NCBI GenBank assembly: GCA_004524535.1
Contig: SDNY01000038.1
Location: forward strand, 1-29,357
Length of the DNA stretch: 29,357 nucleotides
DNA from: Promethearchaeota archaeon
GTDB lineage: Archaea > Asgardarchaeota > Lokiarchaeia > Sigyniarchaeales > SOKP01
Reading direction: 5' to 3'
Positions within the stretch are counted from its first letter, which is position 1. Every line of letters begins with the position of its first letter. The translations under genes were made by a program, and so were the position numbers. The notes beneath the pieces are model-generated. The model was given only the letters and a program-made list of their open reading frames with translations, was not told the origin of the DNA and did not search any database. Of the stretch, positions 17,656-26,970 are shown piece by piece.

Positions 17656-20600
17656 GTGGCAAAAGGCTTGAATGAAGAAATTAAGAAAAAAAATTCTGAA
17701 AAGAGATTTCGAATTATTTTAGAAAATGCAAACGATTTAATCACTATAATTAATGAAAGATCGGAATATGAATATCTTAATGAGACAGCTCATTTGAAAA
17801 TATTGGGTTATAACAGAGAAGAATTAATGTCCAAACCTGCATTAGAATTTGTTCATCCTGATGATAGAGAAAAAGCTGTAATAGAACTAAAAAAAGCTTT
17901 TGAAATAGGAGAAACTTCAGTAGAATTAAGATTGAAAAGTAAAAGTGGTTCTTATGTATGGGTCGATGCTAAATCTAAGTCTTTTATTGATCAGGATGGA
18001 AAAAGAAAACTTCTCGGAATCGCAAGAGATATAACGGATAATAAAAAAATTGAAAATGCTTTAAAAGAGAGCGAGGAGAAGTATAAAAATCTATTTAAAT
18101 CCATCCCAGACGGTATTGTAACTACTTCCATGGATGGAAAAATTCTTAGTGCCAATCAAGCTTATCTGAATATGCTAGGGTATAGCCTAGATGAACTTAA
18201 AAATATGAATTTCCAATTAATCACTCCAGAGAAATGGCGAGAGGCTGAAGCAGAGGCAATGAAATCTTTCATGCCTGAGGGTTATGGAACGTTTGAAAAG
18301 GAATATATAAGAAAAGACGGATCAATAATTCCTATATCCTTAACCACATGGTTAATCAAGGATGAGCAGGGAAATCCTATTAAAATAGCTGGTTTTGTTG
18401 AAGACATAACAGAACGTAAGAAGGCAGAACAAAATTTACGAGAAAGCAAGGAAAAATACCGTACTTTCTTTGATGATTGTCCAGTTGCATTGTGGGAGGA
18501 AGACTGGTCTGAACTTAAGACTTATATTGACAATTTAAAAAACTCGGGAACTTATAATTTTAGAAACTATTTTGAAAGTCATTTAAATGAGTTTAGAAAT
18601 TCTTTATCTATGATAAAAATAGTAAACATTAACAAGGAGACCTTGAAAATGTTTAAGTGTCATGATAAGAATGAGTTTATAGAAAATTTACCAAAAATTT
18701 TGACTGAAACTGCTTTTAATGTTTACAGAGAAGGGTTCATTGCAATTATTGAGGGTGAAACCAATTTTGTGAGTGAAAATGTTAATAATACTCTAAAAGG
18801 CGATATAATTTATACTGTTATTAGTGTGAATGTTGTCCCTGGATATGAAGAAACTCTAAAAAGAATATTAGTTTCATTGACTGATATCACAGATAAAAAA
18901 AAAGCTGAACAAAAATTAAAAGAATCTGAAGAAAAATACCGAAATATTATTGAAAATACGATGGAGGGTTATTTTGAAGTCGATTTAAAGGGAAATTTCA
19001 CTTATTTCAACGAAGCATTATGCGAAATGTCAGGATATACTAAAGAAGAAGCAAAAGGAACGAGTTTCAGTACTTATATGACTGAGGAGGATAGTAGAAA
19101 AACGTTTAACGTGTTTAACAAAGTGTACAATACTGGAATCCCGGAAAAAAACTTTCAATATGAATTTTTTAGAAAAAACGGAAAAAAAGTATATGGGGAA
19201 TCTTCAGTTTATTTAAGATACGATTCTGAGGGAAATAAAATTGGTTTCAGCGGATTTCTGAGAGATGTAACAGAGAAACAAGAAACAGAACAGAATTTAA
19301 AGGAATCCGAAGAAAAGTTTAGAACAATTACTGAACAATCTCTAATGGGCATTTTAATTTTACAAGATGATGTAGTCAAATATGTAAATAAACAATATAC
19401 TGAATTAGTGGGATATGAAACTGAAGAAATTAAGAGCTGGCAGCCGGGTGAATTTTTTAAAATAATGCATCCTGAGGATAGAGATATGATAATGCGACAT
19501 GCTGAATTGAGACAAAAAGGATTAAAAGACGAAATAAATCATTATTTTCATCGAGTGATTAAAAAAACTGGAGAAATAGTTTGGTGTGAAATATTTGCAA
19601 AAACTATTAATTATAAAGGAAGGCCGGCAGACTTGATTACAGTTGTAGATAAAACAGATGTAAAAGAAGCAGAAGAGAAATTAAAAGAATCCGAAGAAAA
19701 ATTTAGAACTATTACCGAACAATCTCTTATGGGAGTAACTATTATACAAGATAATAAGGTTCAATATATTAATCAACAATTTGCTGAACTATCTGGATAT
19801 ACTATTGATGAAGCAAAGAGTTTACAACTAAAAGAAATTTATGAAGTTATCCATCCAGAAGATAGAAAAATGGTCATGGAACAATTTATGAAAAAGCAAG
19901 AGGGTTCTCAAGATGTTACTAATCATTATCAGTATCGGATTATTAAAAAGACGAGAGAGATCGTATGGTTAGATAATTTTTCTAAAACAATTAATTTTAT
20001 GGGAAGACCAGCGGATTTAGTAACAGTAATAGACATCACCGAGCGTAAATTAGCGGAGGAACGATTAAAAGAATCTCAAGAAAAATACAAAAATATGATT
20101 AATGACTTAGATCTAGGATTTTTTCAAGCAAAATGGGATGGAACAATATTGAATGTCAATCCTGCGTTTCGCATGATTATGGGGTATAGTCAATCTGAAG
20201 ACTTAATCGGTAAAAAGATTTCGTTTTTTTTTAAAAATCCAGAAGATCAGAAAAAATATTCTGAAGAATTATTGAAAAATAATATTGTTGATAATTATAT
20301 TATCCATGGGAAAAATCTATATGGAGAAGAACTAATTTTACAAACAGATTCCCATTTAAAAAGAGATGAGAAAGGCAATCCAATCGAGATTGAAGGTACC
20401 CTCGTAGACATTACTGAAAAATTCAAGTTAGAGCAGAAATTAAAGCTTTCGGAAGAAAGATATCGCTTCTTATTTGAAAACTCACCTTTGGCTATAATAC
20501 TCTCAGACTTTAATGGGGTGATTAGAGAAATTAATCCCGCCACCGAAAAATTAATCGGATACTCAAAAAAAGAAGTTATAGGTAGATCGTACTTAAATCT

Positions 20601-21549
20601 TTCAATTATACATCCGGATGATTTACCAATAATACAACAACGCTTTAGGCAGTATATAAAAGGAGAGACGGCTCCTCCTATTGATGTAAAATTTTATAGA
20701 AAAGATGGAAGTCTCTTATGGGCAAATATTAATTCTAATATTATAAAAATAGGTAATGAAACATTTTTACATGTTATGTGTCAGGATGTCACAGAGAGGA
20801 AAAAAGCTGAACTTCTTGTTAAGGAGGAAATAGAAAAACTAAAAGAACTGGATCAAATTAGAAAAGATCTTATCTCGAGAGTATCACACGAATTAAAAAC
20901 GCCTTTAATTCCTGTGTTAGGGGGTGTCGAATATCTTCTTTACTCATATAGCGATAAATTTGAAAAGGAACAAATAGAGTTATTAGAGATGATCCAGAAA
21001 GGAGGTAAACGCTTAGGGAAGTTAGTTGAGAGGTTATTGGATATAACTCGAATAGAATATGATAAATTAATACTAAATAGACAATTAACTAATTTGAGTG
21101 AAATTATTAAAGAAACCGCTAATGATATGAAATATTTAATCAAGGATCGAAAAATTAATCTAAATTTAGTAGTACCAGAGGATTTATTTTTAGAAATTGA
21201 TGGAATGAGAATGGAACAAGTAATTACTAATTTATTATCGAATGCCCTCAAGAACACACCTCCAAACGGTAGAGTAAGTTTAGGTTTGGAAAAGTATGGC
21301 AATTGGGCGATAATTTCTGTAAGCGATACAGGAGTAGGATTTACTGAGGATGAAATGAAAAAAATATTTACAAAATTCGGCAAAATTGAAAGACAAGGGG
21401 AGGGACTTGAATATATTAATATGGAAGGTTCTGGTCTCGGATTATTCATCACTAAACAGATTGTCGATCTGCATGGCGGAAAAATTTGGGTGGAATCTAC
21501 TGGCCGTAATCGAGGTTGTATCTTTAAAGTTCGATTGCCAATTATTTAA
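17656..21549 (+). CDS. Soluble sensor histidine kinase with eight tandem PAS domains plus HisKA and HATPase
   Basis: Eight SE(E/K)x(Y/F)…D(I/V/K)T(E/D)-bounded PAS units. H-box SHELKTPL, N-box NLLSNALK, G1 DTGVG, F-box IFTKF and G2 GSGLGL. No TM helix is evident. Confidence 0.93.
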   Translation: MAKGLNEEIKKKNSEKRFRIILENANDLITIINERSEYEYLNETAHLKILGYNREELMSKPALEFVHPDDREKAVIELKKAFEIGETSVELRLKSKSGSYVWVDAKSKSFIDQDGKRKLLGIARDITDNKKIENALKESEEKYKNLFKSIPDGIVTTSMDGKILSANQAYLNMLGYSLDELKNMNFQLITPEKWREAEAEAMKSFMPEGYGTFEKEYIRKDGSIIPISLTTWLIKDEQGNPIKIAGFVEDITERKKAEQNLRESKEKYRTFFDDCPVALWEEDWSELKTYIDNLKNSGTYNFRNYFESHLNEFRNSLSMIKIVNINKETLKMFKCHDKNEFIENLPKILTETAFNVYREGFIAIIEGETNFVSENVNNTLKGDIIYTVISVNVVPGYEETLKRILVSLTDITDKKKAEQKLKESEEKYRNIIENTMEGYFEVDLKGNFTYFNEALCEMSGYTKEEAKGTSFSTYMTEEDSRKTFNVFNKVYNTGIPEKNFQYEFFRKNGKKVYGESSVYLRYDSEGNKIGFSGFLRDVTEKQETEQNLKESEEKFRTITEQSLMGILILQDDVVKYVNKQYTELVGYETEEIKSWQPGEFFKIMHPEDRDMIMRHAELRQKGLKDEINHYFHRVIKKTGEIVWCEIFAKTINYKGRPADLITVVDKTDVKEAEEKLKESEEKFRTITEQSLMGVTIIQDNKVQYINQQFAELSGYTIDEAKSLQLKEIYEVIHPEDRKMVMEQFMKKQEGSQDVTNHYQYRIIKKTREIVWLDNFSKTINFMGRPADLVTVIDITERKLAEERLKESQEKYKNMINDLDLGFFQAKWDGTILNVNPAFRMIMGYSQSEDLIGKKISFFFKNPEDQKKYSEELLKNNIVDNYIIHGKNLYGEELILQTDSHLKRDEKGNPIEIEGTLVDITEKFKLEQKLKLSEERYRFLFENSPLAIILSDFNGVIREINPATEKLIGYSKKEVIGRSYLNLSIIHPDDLPIIQQRFRQYIKGETAPPIDVKFYRKDGSLLWANINSNIIKIGNETFLHVMCQDVTERKKAELLVKEEIEKLKELDQIRKDLISRVSHELKTPLIPVLGGVEYLLYSYSDKFEKEQIELLEMIQKGGKRLGKLVERLLDITRIEYDKLILNRQLTNLSEIIKETANDMKYLIKDRKINLNLVVPEDLFLEIDGMRMEQVITNLLSNALKNTPPNGRVSLGLEKYGNWAIISVSDTGVGFTEDEMKKIFTKFGKIERQGEGLEYINMEGSGLGLFITKQIVDLHGGKIWVESTGRNRGCIFKVRLPII
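19297..20064 (+). repeat. Diverged tandem duplication of a PAS unit (384-nt period) inside the kinase
   Basis: Units at 19297 and 19681 both begin LKESEEKFRTITEQSLMG and share HPEDR, NHY, IKKT-EIVW and KTIN-GRPADL. The DNA differs mainly at third codon positions near the unit starts. Confidence 0.85.
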
Positions 21550-21560
21550 AAGATTGAAAT

Positions 21561-22154
21561 TTACAAAATTTTTGCTAATTTATATCCTTCTTCAATCAAT
21601 TCAATATTGAGTTTGCCTATTTCTTTGCTCATTCTTTTTTGAACAATTTTATTTAAATTATCTAAACTTAAGTCAGTTAAAGATTTAGATAATAATCCTA
21701 AAATTGGAGTATTAATGATTGGAGCACCATCAATCGTCAAGCCTTTTTCTAAAGCTAATTTATTTAAATCAGCAACGATAATCTTAATATTAGAAAGATT
21801 AAATTTATCCGCAAAATACTTCGGTTCTTTTTCAGAATTTATAATTAAGATTCCATTATCTTTTAGGGAAGAGGCAATATTTTGATTTAATATTGTCTCG
21901 TCTAGAATTATTAAAATATTGGGGTTTTCGATTTGAGCTCTGTCCCAAATTTTTTCTTTTCTAGAAAGTCTGCAATAAGCTTGAATAGGAGCACCTCTTC
22001 TCTCCGCACCAAAAGAAGGATATGCATGAACATCAACAAAATTACCACTCAAATATGCCGCTTCAGCGATAATTTCTGCGCATGTTACTACACCCATACC
22101 TCCTCTACCATGAATCACAATACTAATAACATCTTCTTTATTATTCTCCGCCAT
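21561..22154 (-). CDS. porG: 2-oxoacid:ferredoxin oxidoreductase gamma subunit
   Basis: IHGRGGMGVVT, PSFGAERRGAP, LIINS and INTPILG. ATG at 22154 is preferred over TTG at 22178. Confidence 0.9.
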   Translation of the reverse strand: MAENNKEDVISIVIHGRGGMGVVTCAEIIAEAAYLSGNFVDVHAYPSFGAERRGAPIQAYCRLSRKEKIWDRAQIENPNILIILDETILNQNIASSLKDNGILIINSEKEPKYFADKFNLSNIKIIVADLNKLALEKGLTIDGAPIINTPILGLLSKSLTDLSLDNLNKIVQKRMSKEIGKLNIELIEEGYKLAKIL

Positions 22155-22377
22155 TGAAACAACCTTATAGATTAACACATTGAAATAATACTTTTTAATA
22201 TGAAATATATCTAAAAATTAAAAATTTTTCTTTATTTCAGATAATAATTTAGATTTTACATAGAAGAACTTGGCTATTTTTTTATTAAAAACAATAATGA
22301 TAATAAAGCTAACGTTATTATATATAGATTATAATAATATCAATTTGCTCTAAAATAAAATTCCATATGAGAAAACT

Positions 22378-23232
22378 ATGAAAAATCATACGGGATATTT
22401 TGAAGGACGTGAACGTCGAAAATTATTTTATCAGAATTGGATGCCCGATTCTGGGGATAATAAGGCATTTATCATAGGGATACATGGATGGGGGACACAT
22501 TCTGACAGATTTAAGGTCCCTGCGGAATATTTAACAGAAAAAGGTTATGCTTTATATTCCTTTGATTTAAGAGGACATTGGAGAAATGCAGGCAATACAC
22601 CTGGACATATTGACAGTATGGATCATATCCAAAAAGATATTGTTCTCTTTATGGACATTGTCAGGAAAGACTCGAAAGATAAAAAAATATTTCTATTGGG
22701 ACACTCTTTTGGAGGATTAATTAGTTTAATTTATGCTATAAATCGTCCCGATTTACCTGGTGTGATTGTTACTTCACCTATGTTAGGGCTTTTAATTGGA
22801 AAGAAATTAGCTAAAGCAATAGCAAAACCTATTTCAAAACTCAAACCAACTAAAATTATGAACTACGAGATTGATCAAGCAATATTAACTAGTGATTTAA
22901 AGATTCTAAGAAGTTATATAGCCGATGATAACAAATTAAACATTATTTCAGTTAAGACTGCCGCAGAAAGACTGAAATCAATGATATGGGCAATGGATAA
23001 CGCTAAATACCTTTCATCTCCAGCATTAATTATGCAGGCAGGAAATGATAAAGTAATTGATAAAGAAAAAACTAAGGAATTTTTTGAAAAAGTAAAATCT
23101 AAAGATAAAACCTATAAAGAATATGATGGATTTTTACACGATATACTTCACGAAAAGAAGAGAGCTCAAGTATACCGCGACATTGATATATTCATTTCAA
23201 AGATTTTAGGAACCAAAATTAAGAATTTTTAA
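22378..23232 (+). CDS. Alpha/beta hydrolase, lysophospholipase/monoglyceride-lipase type
   Basis: IHGWGTHS, FDLRGH, GHSFGG nucleophile, QAGNDKVI and GFLHDILHE. Confidence 0.9.
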   Translation: MKNHTGYFEGRERRKLFYQNWMPDSGDNKAFIIGIHGWGTHSDRFKVPAEYLTEKGYALYSFDLRGHWRNAGNTPGHIDSMDHIQKDIVLFMDIVRKDSKDKKIFLLGHSFGGLISLIYAINRPDLPGVIVTSPMLGLLIGKKLAKAIAKPISKLKPTKIMNYEIDQAILTSDLKILRSYIADDNKLNIISVKTAAERLKSMIWAMDNAKYLSSPALIMQAGNDKVIDKEKTKEFFEKVKSKDKTYKEYDGFLHDILHEKKRAQVYRDIDIFISKILGTKIKNF

Positions 23233-23239
23233 AAAAATA

Positions 23240-23809
23240 TTAAATATTTTTTAATATAGATGGTTTTACAGCGTTATATCTAGCTTGTAATAGATTTTTT
23301 TGAAGACAATTTATTATGTTAGTTTTTCCCGTATTCGAGAGCCCATAAGTATATATTTTATTAGTATTTTGCCTTATTATAGCTTCCTTTTTAGGTAAAG
23401 ATTGATCAAATAAATGGAAAAGATTGGCAACTTCATAAAACTTTTCCTTAGCCTTTAGTATCTTGTGTGATTCACAATGAAAAGCTTTATAAACATCGGG
23501 TATATTCTTAAGTTCATTAACAAAAACTTCCATAATTTCTCTAAATGAGCTTAAATTATATTGCTTATCAAAACAAATAAGACTTAGAAGGAGAATTTCC
23601 GCTTTTCCTCTTGCCATAGGGCTTGGGATTTCAAAAATTAGATTAATTGATCTTATCGTACTATACTCATGAATAAAAAAACCCTCTCTATAGAGATCCA
23701 TAAGGAGAGGAATGTGATCTAAATGAACAGAAGTCCTTAATTCAGGAGCTTTTAATAAAATCCTAGGACCAGATCGATTGTTAAAATAACTTAGAAGAGG
23801 ATAAATCAT
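23240..23809 (-). CDS. Longin/u-DENN-like domain fused to a truncated small-GTPase N-terminus
   Basis: N-terminal LSYFNNRSGPRILLKAPE resembles longin/u-DENN starts. C-terminal KIYTYGLSNTGKT is a P-loop, and the ORF stops 26 aa later without G3/G4 motifs. Confidence 0.55.
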   Translation of the reverse strand: MIYPLLSYFNNRSGPRILLKAPELRTSVHLDHIPLLMDLYREGFFIHEYSTIRSINLIFEIPSPMARGKAEILLLSLICFDKQYNLSSFREIMEVFVNELKNIPDVYKAFHCESHKILKAKEKFYEVANLFHLFDQSLPKKEAIIRQNTNKIYTYGLSNTGKTNIINCLQKNLLQARYNAVKPSILKNI

Positions 23810-24078
23810 TTATTGCATCAACTCTAGATTTGTTTATAGCGATAAAAATAAATAATCTAATATCATTTGGATATTATCCAACAATGCGAATAAAATGATT
23901 TAAATTCTTATTTTTATTGAACTTTTTCAGACTCTTAACAATAATATAATAAATTATCTTCTCATTTCTCATACTTATTAAAAAAGTAATAAATAGAATT
24001 AATTTTAATAGTGAATTATTTATAAAATTAGAATAAGAAGTACTTTAAATCATAGAAAAACAATTTTATCAATATAAT

Positions 24079-26964
24079 ATGTCTCTAAAAGAAATTAATG
24101 AGCGTTCTTTAACACCCATGATGAAACATTGGTACGCTGTTAAAAAGAAATATCCCGAACATTTATGTGCTTACCGAATGGGTGATTTTTACGAGTTTTT
24201 TTATGATGATGCCGAACGTGTCTCTAATTTATTAGGGATAACATTAACAAAAAGGAAGATAGGGAATGATTCATATCCATTAGCTGGCATACCGCATCAT
24301 GCCGGGAATTATTTAAACAATTTAGTGAATATGGGACAAACTGTCGTTTTAGTTGAGCAATTAGAGGATCCGACAACAGTTAAAGGAAGAATTGTAAAGC
24401 GTGGTGTTGTTCGAATTCTCTCTCCAGGCACCATTACTGAATCAGGCATGTTAAAATCTGACGAAAACAATTATATTGCTTCTATGATAAAAGATAAAAA
24501 AGGTTATGGTGTTTCATTTGCAGATATTTCAACTGGCGAATTTTTAGCAACTGAGTTTTCGATAAAAGAGAAAGATCCAGAAGAAAAATTGCTTAGCGTT
24601 TTTTCCCAGTACGATCCTGTAGAAATTATTATACCTGCGGAACTTAAGAGAGATGAAAGGCTTTTTATATTTTTAACGGATTTAACAGCAGCTATTATAA
24701 AAGCCTATGATGATTATGTTTTTAATTATGAAGAATCCTATTCCTTAATTACGCGTCATTTTAACCTCTCAAATTTAGAAGGTTTTGGTTTAGAAGGGGC
24801 TGAAATGGCAATTCAGGCTGCAGGAGGGCTTCTAGCTTTTCTGAAAGAGACCCAGAGAGATGTAATTCCAAATATATTCAAAATTAACTTAATCCAAGAA
24901 AAAAATGCTCTCCATTTAGATTATGTGACCCAGAGAAATCTAGAATTAATTACCTCTTTATGGGAAAGAGGAAAAGATACGACTTTATATTCTGTTTTTA
25001 ACCACACTCATACGCCTATGGGCGCTCGATTGCTAAAAAAAATCATCCTTCAACCTCTAAAGGATATTGAAGAAATTAATCAACGTCTAAATATAGTTCA
25101 AAAGTTTAAAGATGATATTTTTTTAAGATCTGATTTAAGAGAAAACTTAAAAACTATTGGAGATCTCGAAAGATACATAAATCGAGTAAGTTATAAAACG
25201 CGAACAAATGCTCGCGATTTATTAAATATAAAAAACTCTTTAGAGATTATCCCGAAAATTAAAATATTATTAAAAGAGGCAATAATTCCAGAAATAACTA
25301 AATTTCTTGATAAAATCAACAATTTTAATGAAATTAAAAGTTTAATAGAAGTATCAATTAAAGATGACGCCCCTACAACAGTCAAGGAGGGAGGATTAAT
25401 CAAGGATGGTTTCAATCATAACGTTGATGAATTGAGAGATATCCTAAATAATGGAAAAAAATACATTTTACAATACGAGGAAGAGCAAAAAAAGCGATGG
25501 AACTTGACCACAGGATTGAAAGTTAGGCATAACAATATTCTTGGATATTATATCGAAATAACATTCAATACGCTAAAATCTATTTCAAAAATACCCGATG
25601 AATATGTGGAAAGATCGACTCTTAAAAACGCAAAGAGATACACTACTGAAAAATTGAAAGAATTAGAAGACAAAATCGTTGCCGCCGAAGAACAAATAAA
25701 TGATTTAGAGTATGAAATTTTCAGCACAATTCGCGATAAGGTTATAAAAGAAACCGAAAAGATCTTAGGAACCGCAAGGACTATTGCCAATATTGATGTA
25801 TTAGCATGTTTTGCCGAGATTGCTGAAAAATATAATTATTGTCGTCCTAAAATCACTAACGACGAAAAAATTATAATTAAAGAGGGAAGACATCCTGTAG
25901 TTGAGCAGATTAACATTTCTGAACAATTTATCCCTAACGACTGCTATATAGATCCAGAGAATGAGCAATTATTGATTATTACCGGCCCGAATATGGCAGG
26001 AAAATCTACTTATCTTCGTCAAGTTGCTTTAATATGTTTAATTGCCCAAATGGGTTGTTTTGTTCCCGCTAAATCAGCAACTATCGGGATAATAGATCAA
26101 ATATTCACAAGAATCGGTGCCTCAGATGATTTAGCAAGAAAATTAAGTACATTTATGATAGAAATGACAGAAACAGCAAAAATTCTAAATTATGCTACAG
26201 AAAAAAGTCTTATAATAATTGACGAACTTGGGAGAGGTACTAGTACAAGCGACGGACAGAGTATTGCCATGGCAACGCTCGAAAAGTTGCACGATTTAAA
26301 AGCCAAAACTCTTTTTAGTACGCATTATCATCAGTTAACAGAAATCAATTTACCACGCGTGAAGAATTATCATCTTGATATTATTGAAAACGATGATGGG
26401 TCCATTAATTTTGTTAGAAAATTACATTCAGGCAGTACAGATAAATCTTATGGTATTCATGTTGCTAAACTTGCCGGGATCCCTGACGATGTTGTGATAA
26501 GAGCATTTGAAATATTGGAACAAATTGAAGAAAAAGATCCATTTAAAGCTACGGTTAAAGAAAATGGAAACAGTAATTCTTCTAATAAATATTATGATAA
26601 ATTAATACAAGAGAAAAAAGGTGTTTTAGACAGATTAAACTCTGAATTGGAACAAAAAAAGCAAAAATTATATGATTATGACGATGAGTTGAGCAATAAA
26701 GAAAAAGTATTGAAAGATAAAACTCTTGAAATTAAGAACGTTAATACTATAGTTCACTCAAAAAAAACTAAAAGTTCAAAACAGAAAAAATATGTACAAA
26801 CAAGTTTCTTTAAACCTATTGTTAAGAAAGAAAAAATTGTAGATGAAAAAGTTAAGGATTTAATTGATTTAATAAAAGAAATGGATATAAATTCAATTAC
26901 ACCTGTTGATGCTATGAAAAAGCTGATTGAACTTAAAGAGAAATTGAAGGAACAGAAGTTATGA
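24079..26964 (+). CDS. mutS: DNA mismatch repair protein MutS (MutS1 type)
   Basis: TPMM, RMGDFYEFF mismatch-binding motif, GRHPVVE, TGPNMAGKSTYLRQ, STFMIEM, DELGRGT, FSTHY and SYGIHVA. Confidence 0.97.
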   Translation: MSLKEINERSLTPMMKHWYAVKKKYPEHLCAYRMGDFYEFFYDDAERVSNLLGITLTKRKIGNDSYPLAGIPHHAGNYLNNLVNMGQTVVLVEQLEDPTTVKGRIVKRGVVRILSPGTITESGMLKSDENNYIASMIKDKKGYGVSFADISTGEFLATEFSIKEKDPEEKLLSVFSQYDPVEIIIPAELKRDERLFIFLTDLTAAIIKAYDDYVFNYEESYSLITRHFNLSNLEGFGLEGAEMAIQAAGGLLAFLKETQRDVIPNIFKINLIQEKNALHLDYVTQRNLELITSLWERGKDTTLYSVFNHTHTPMGARLLKKIILQPLKDIEEINQRLNIVQKFKDDIFLRSDLRENLKTIGDLERYINRVSYKTRTNARDLLNIKNSLEIIPKIKILLKEAIIPEITKFLDKINNFNEIKSLIEVSIKDDAPTTVKEGGLIKDGFNHNVDELRDILNNGKKYILQYEEEQKKRWNLTTGLKVRHNNILGYYIEITFNTLKSISKIPDEYVERSTLKNAKRYTTEKLKELEDKIVAAEEQINDLEYEIFSTIRDKVIKETEKILGTARTIANIDVLACFAEIAEKYNYCRPKITNDEKIIIKEGRHPVVEQINISEQFIPNDCYIDPENEQLLIITGPNMAGKSTYLRQVALICLIAQMGCFVPAKSATIGIIDQIFTRIGASDDLARKLSTFMIEMTETAKILNYATEKSLIIIDELGRGTSTSDGQSIAMATLEKLHDLKAKTLFSTHYHQLTEINLPRVKNYHLDIIENDDGSINFVRKLHSGSTDKSYGIHVAKLAGIPDDVVIRAFEILEQIEEKDPFKATVKENGNSNSSNKYYDKLIQEKKGVLDRLNSELEQKKQKLYDYDDELSNKEKVLKDKTLEIKNVNTIVHSKKTKSSKQKKYVQTSFFKPIVKKEKIVDEKVKDLIDLIKEMDINSITPVDAMKKLIELKEKLKEQKL

Positions 26965-26970
26965 ATAATC

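Noticed and set aside
17656-20830. Recurring ttaaaagaatc(t/c)gaagaaaaa-like sequence, considered as a CRISPR or DNA repeat array
   Set aside because: Spacing is about 370-490 nt and always in frame. These are PAS linker codons (LKESEEK), not repeat-spacer units.
17398-21560. Kinase gene as a transposon or IS-borne cargo
   Set aside because: No transposase, terminal inverted repeats or flanking duplication could be seen.
556-25790. Short ORF-track entries antisense to or nested in real genes (e.g. 556-825, 1638-1820, 1842-2048, 3776-3991, 4712-4951, 4893-5117, 8364-8546, 9135-9344, 10368-10553, 12000-12188, 16746-17027, 17168-17353, 20295-20543, 20940-21452, 21386-21610, 21933-22157, 25191-25415, 25548-25790)
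   Set aside because: They overlap well-supported genes, carry no recognisable motifs, and have the Ser/Phe/Ile/Leu-rich composition expected of shadow frames.
53-26964. Selenocysteine or pyrrolysine read-through at TGA/TAG stops (Mut7-C, GNAT, clp1, GGCT, porD, mutS)
   Set aside because: Each protein looks complete at its stop, the downstream frames close quickly or run into the next gene, and I saw no convincing SECIS-like hairpin.
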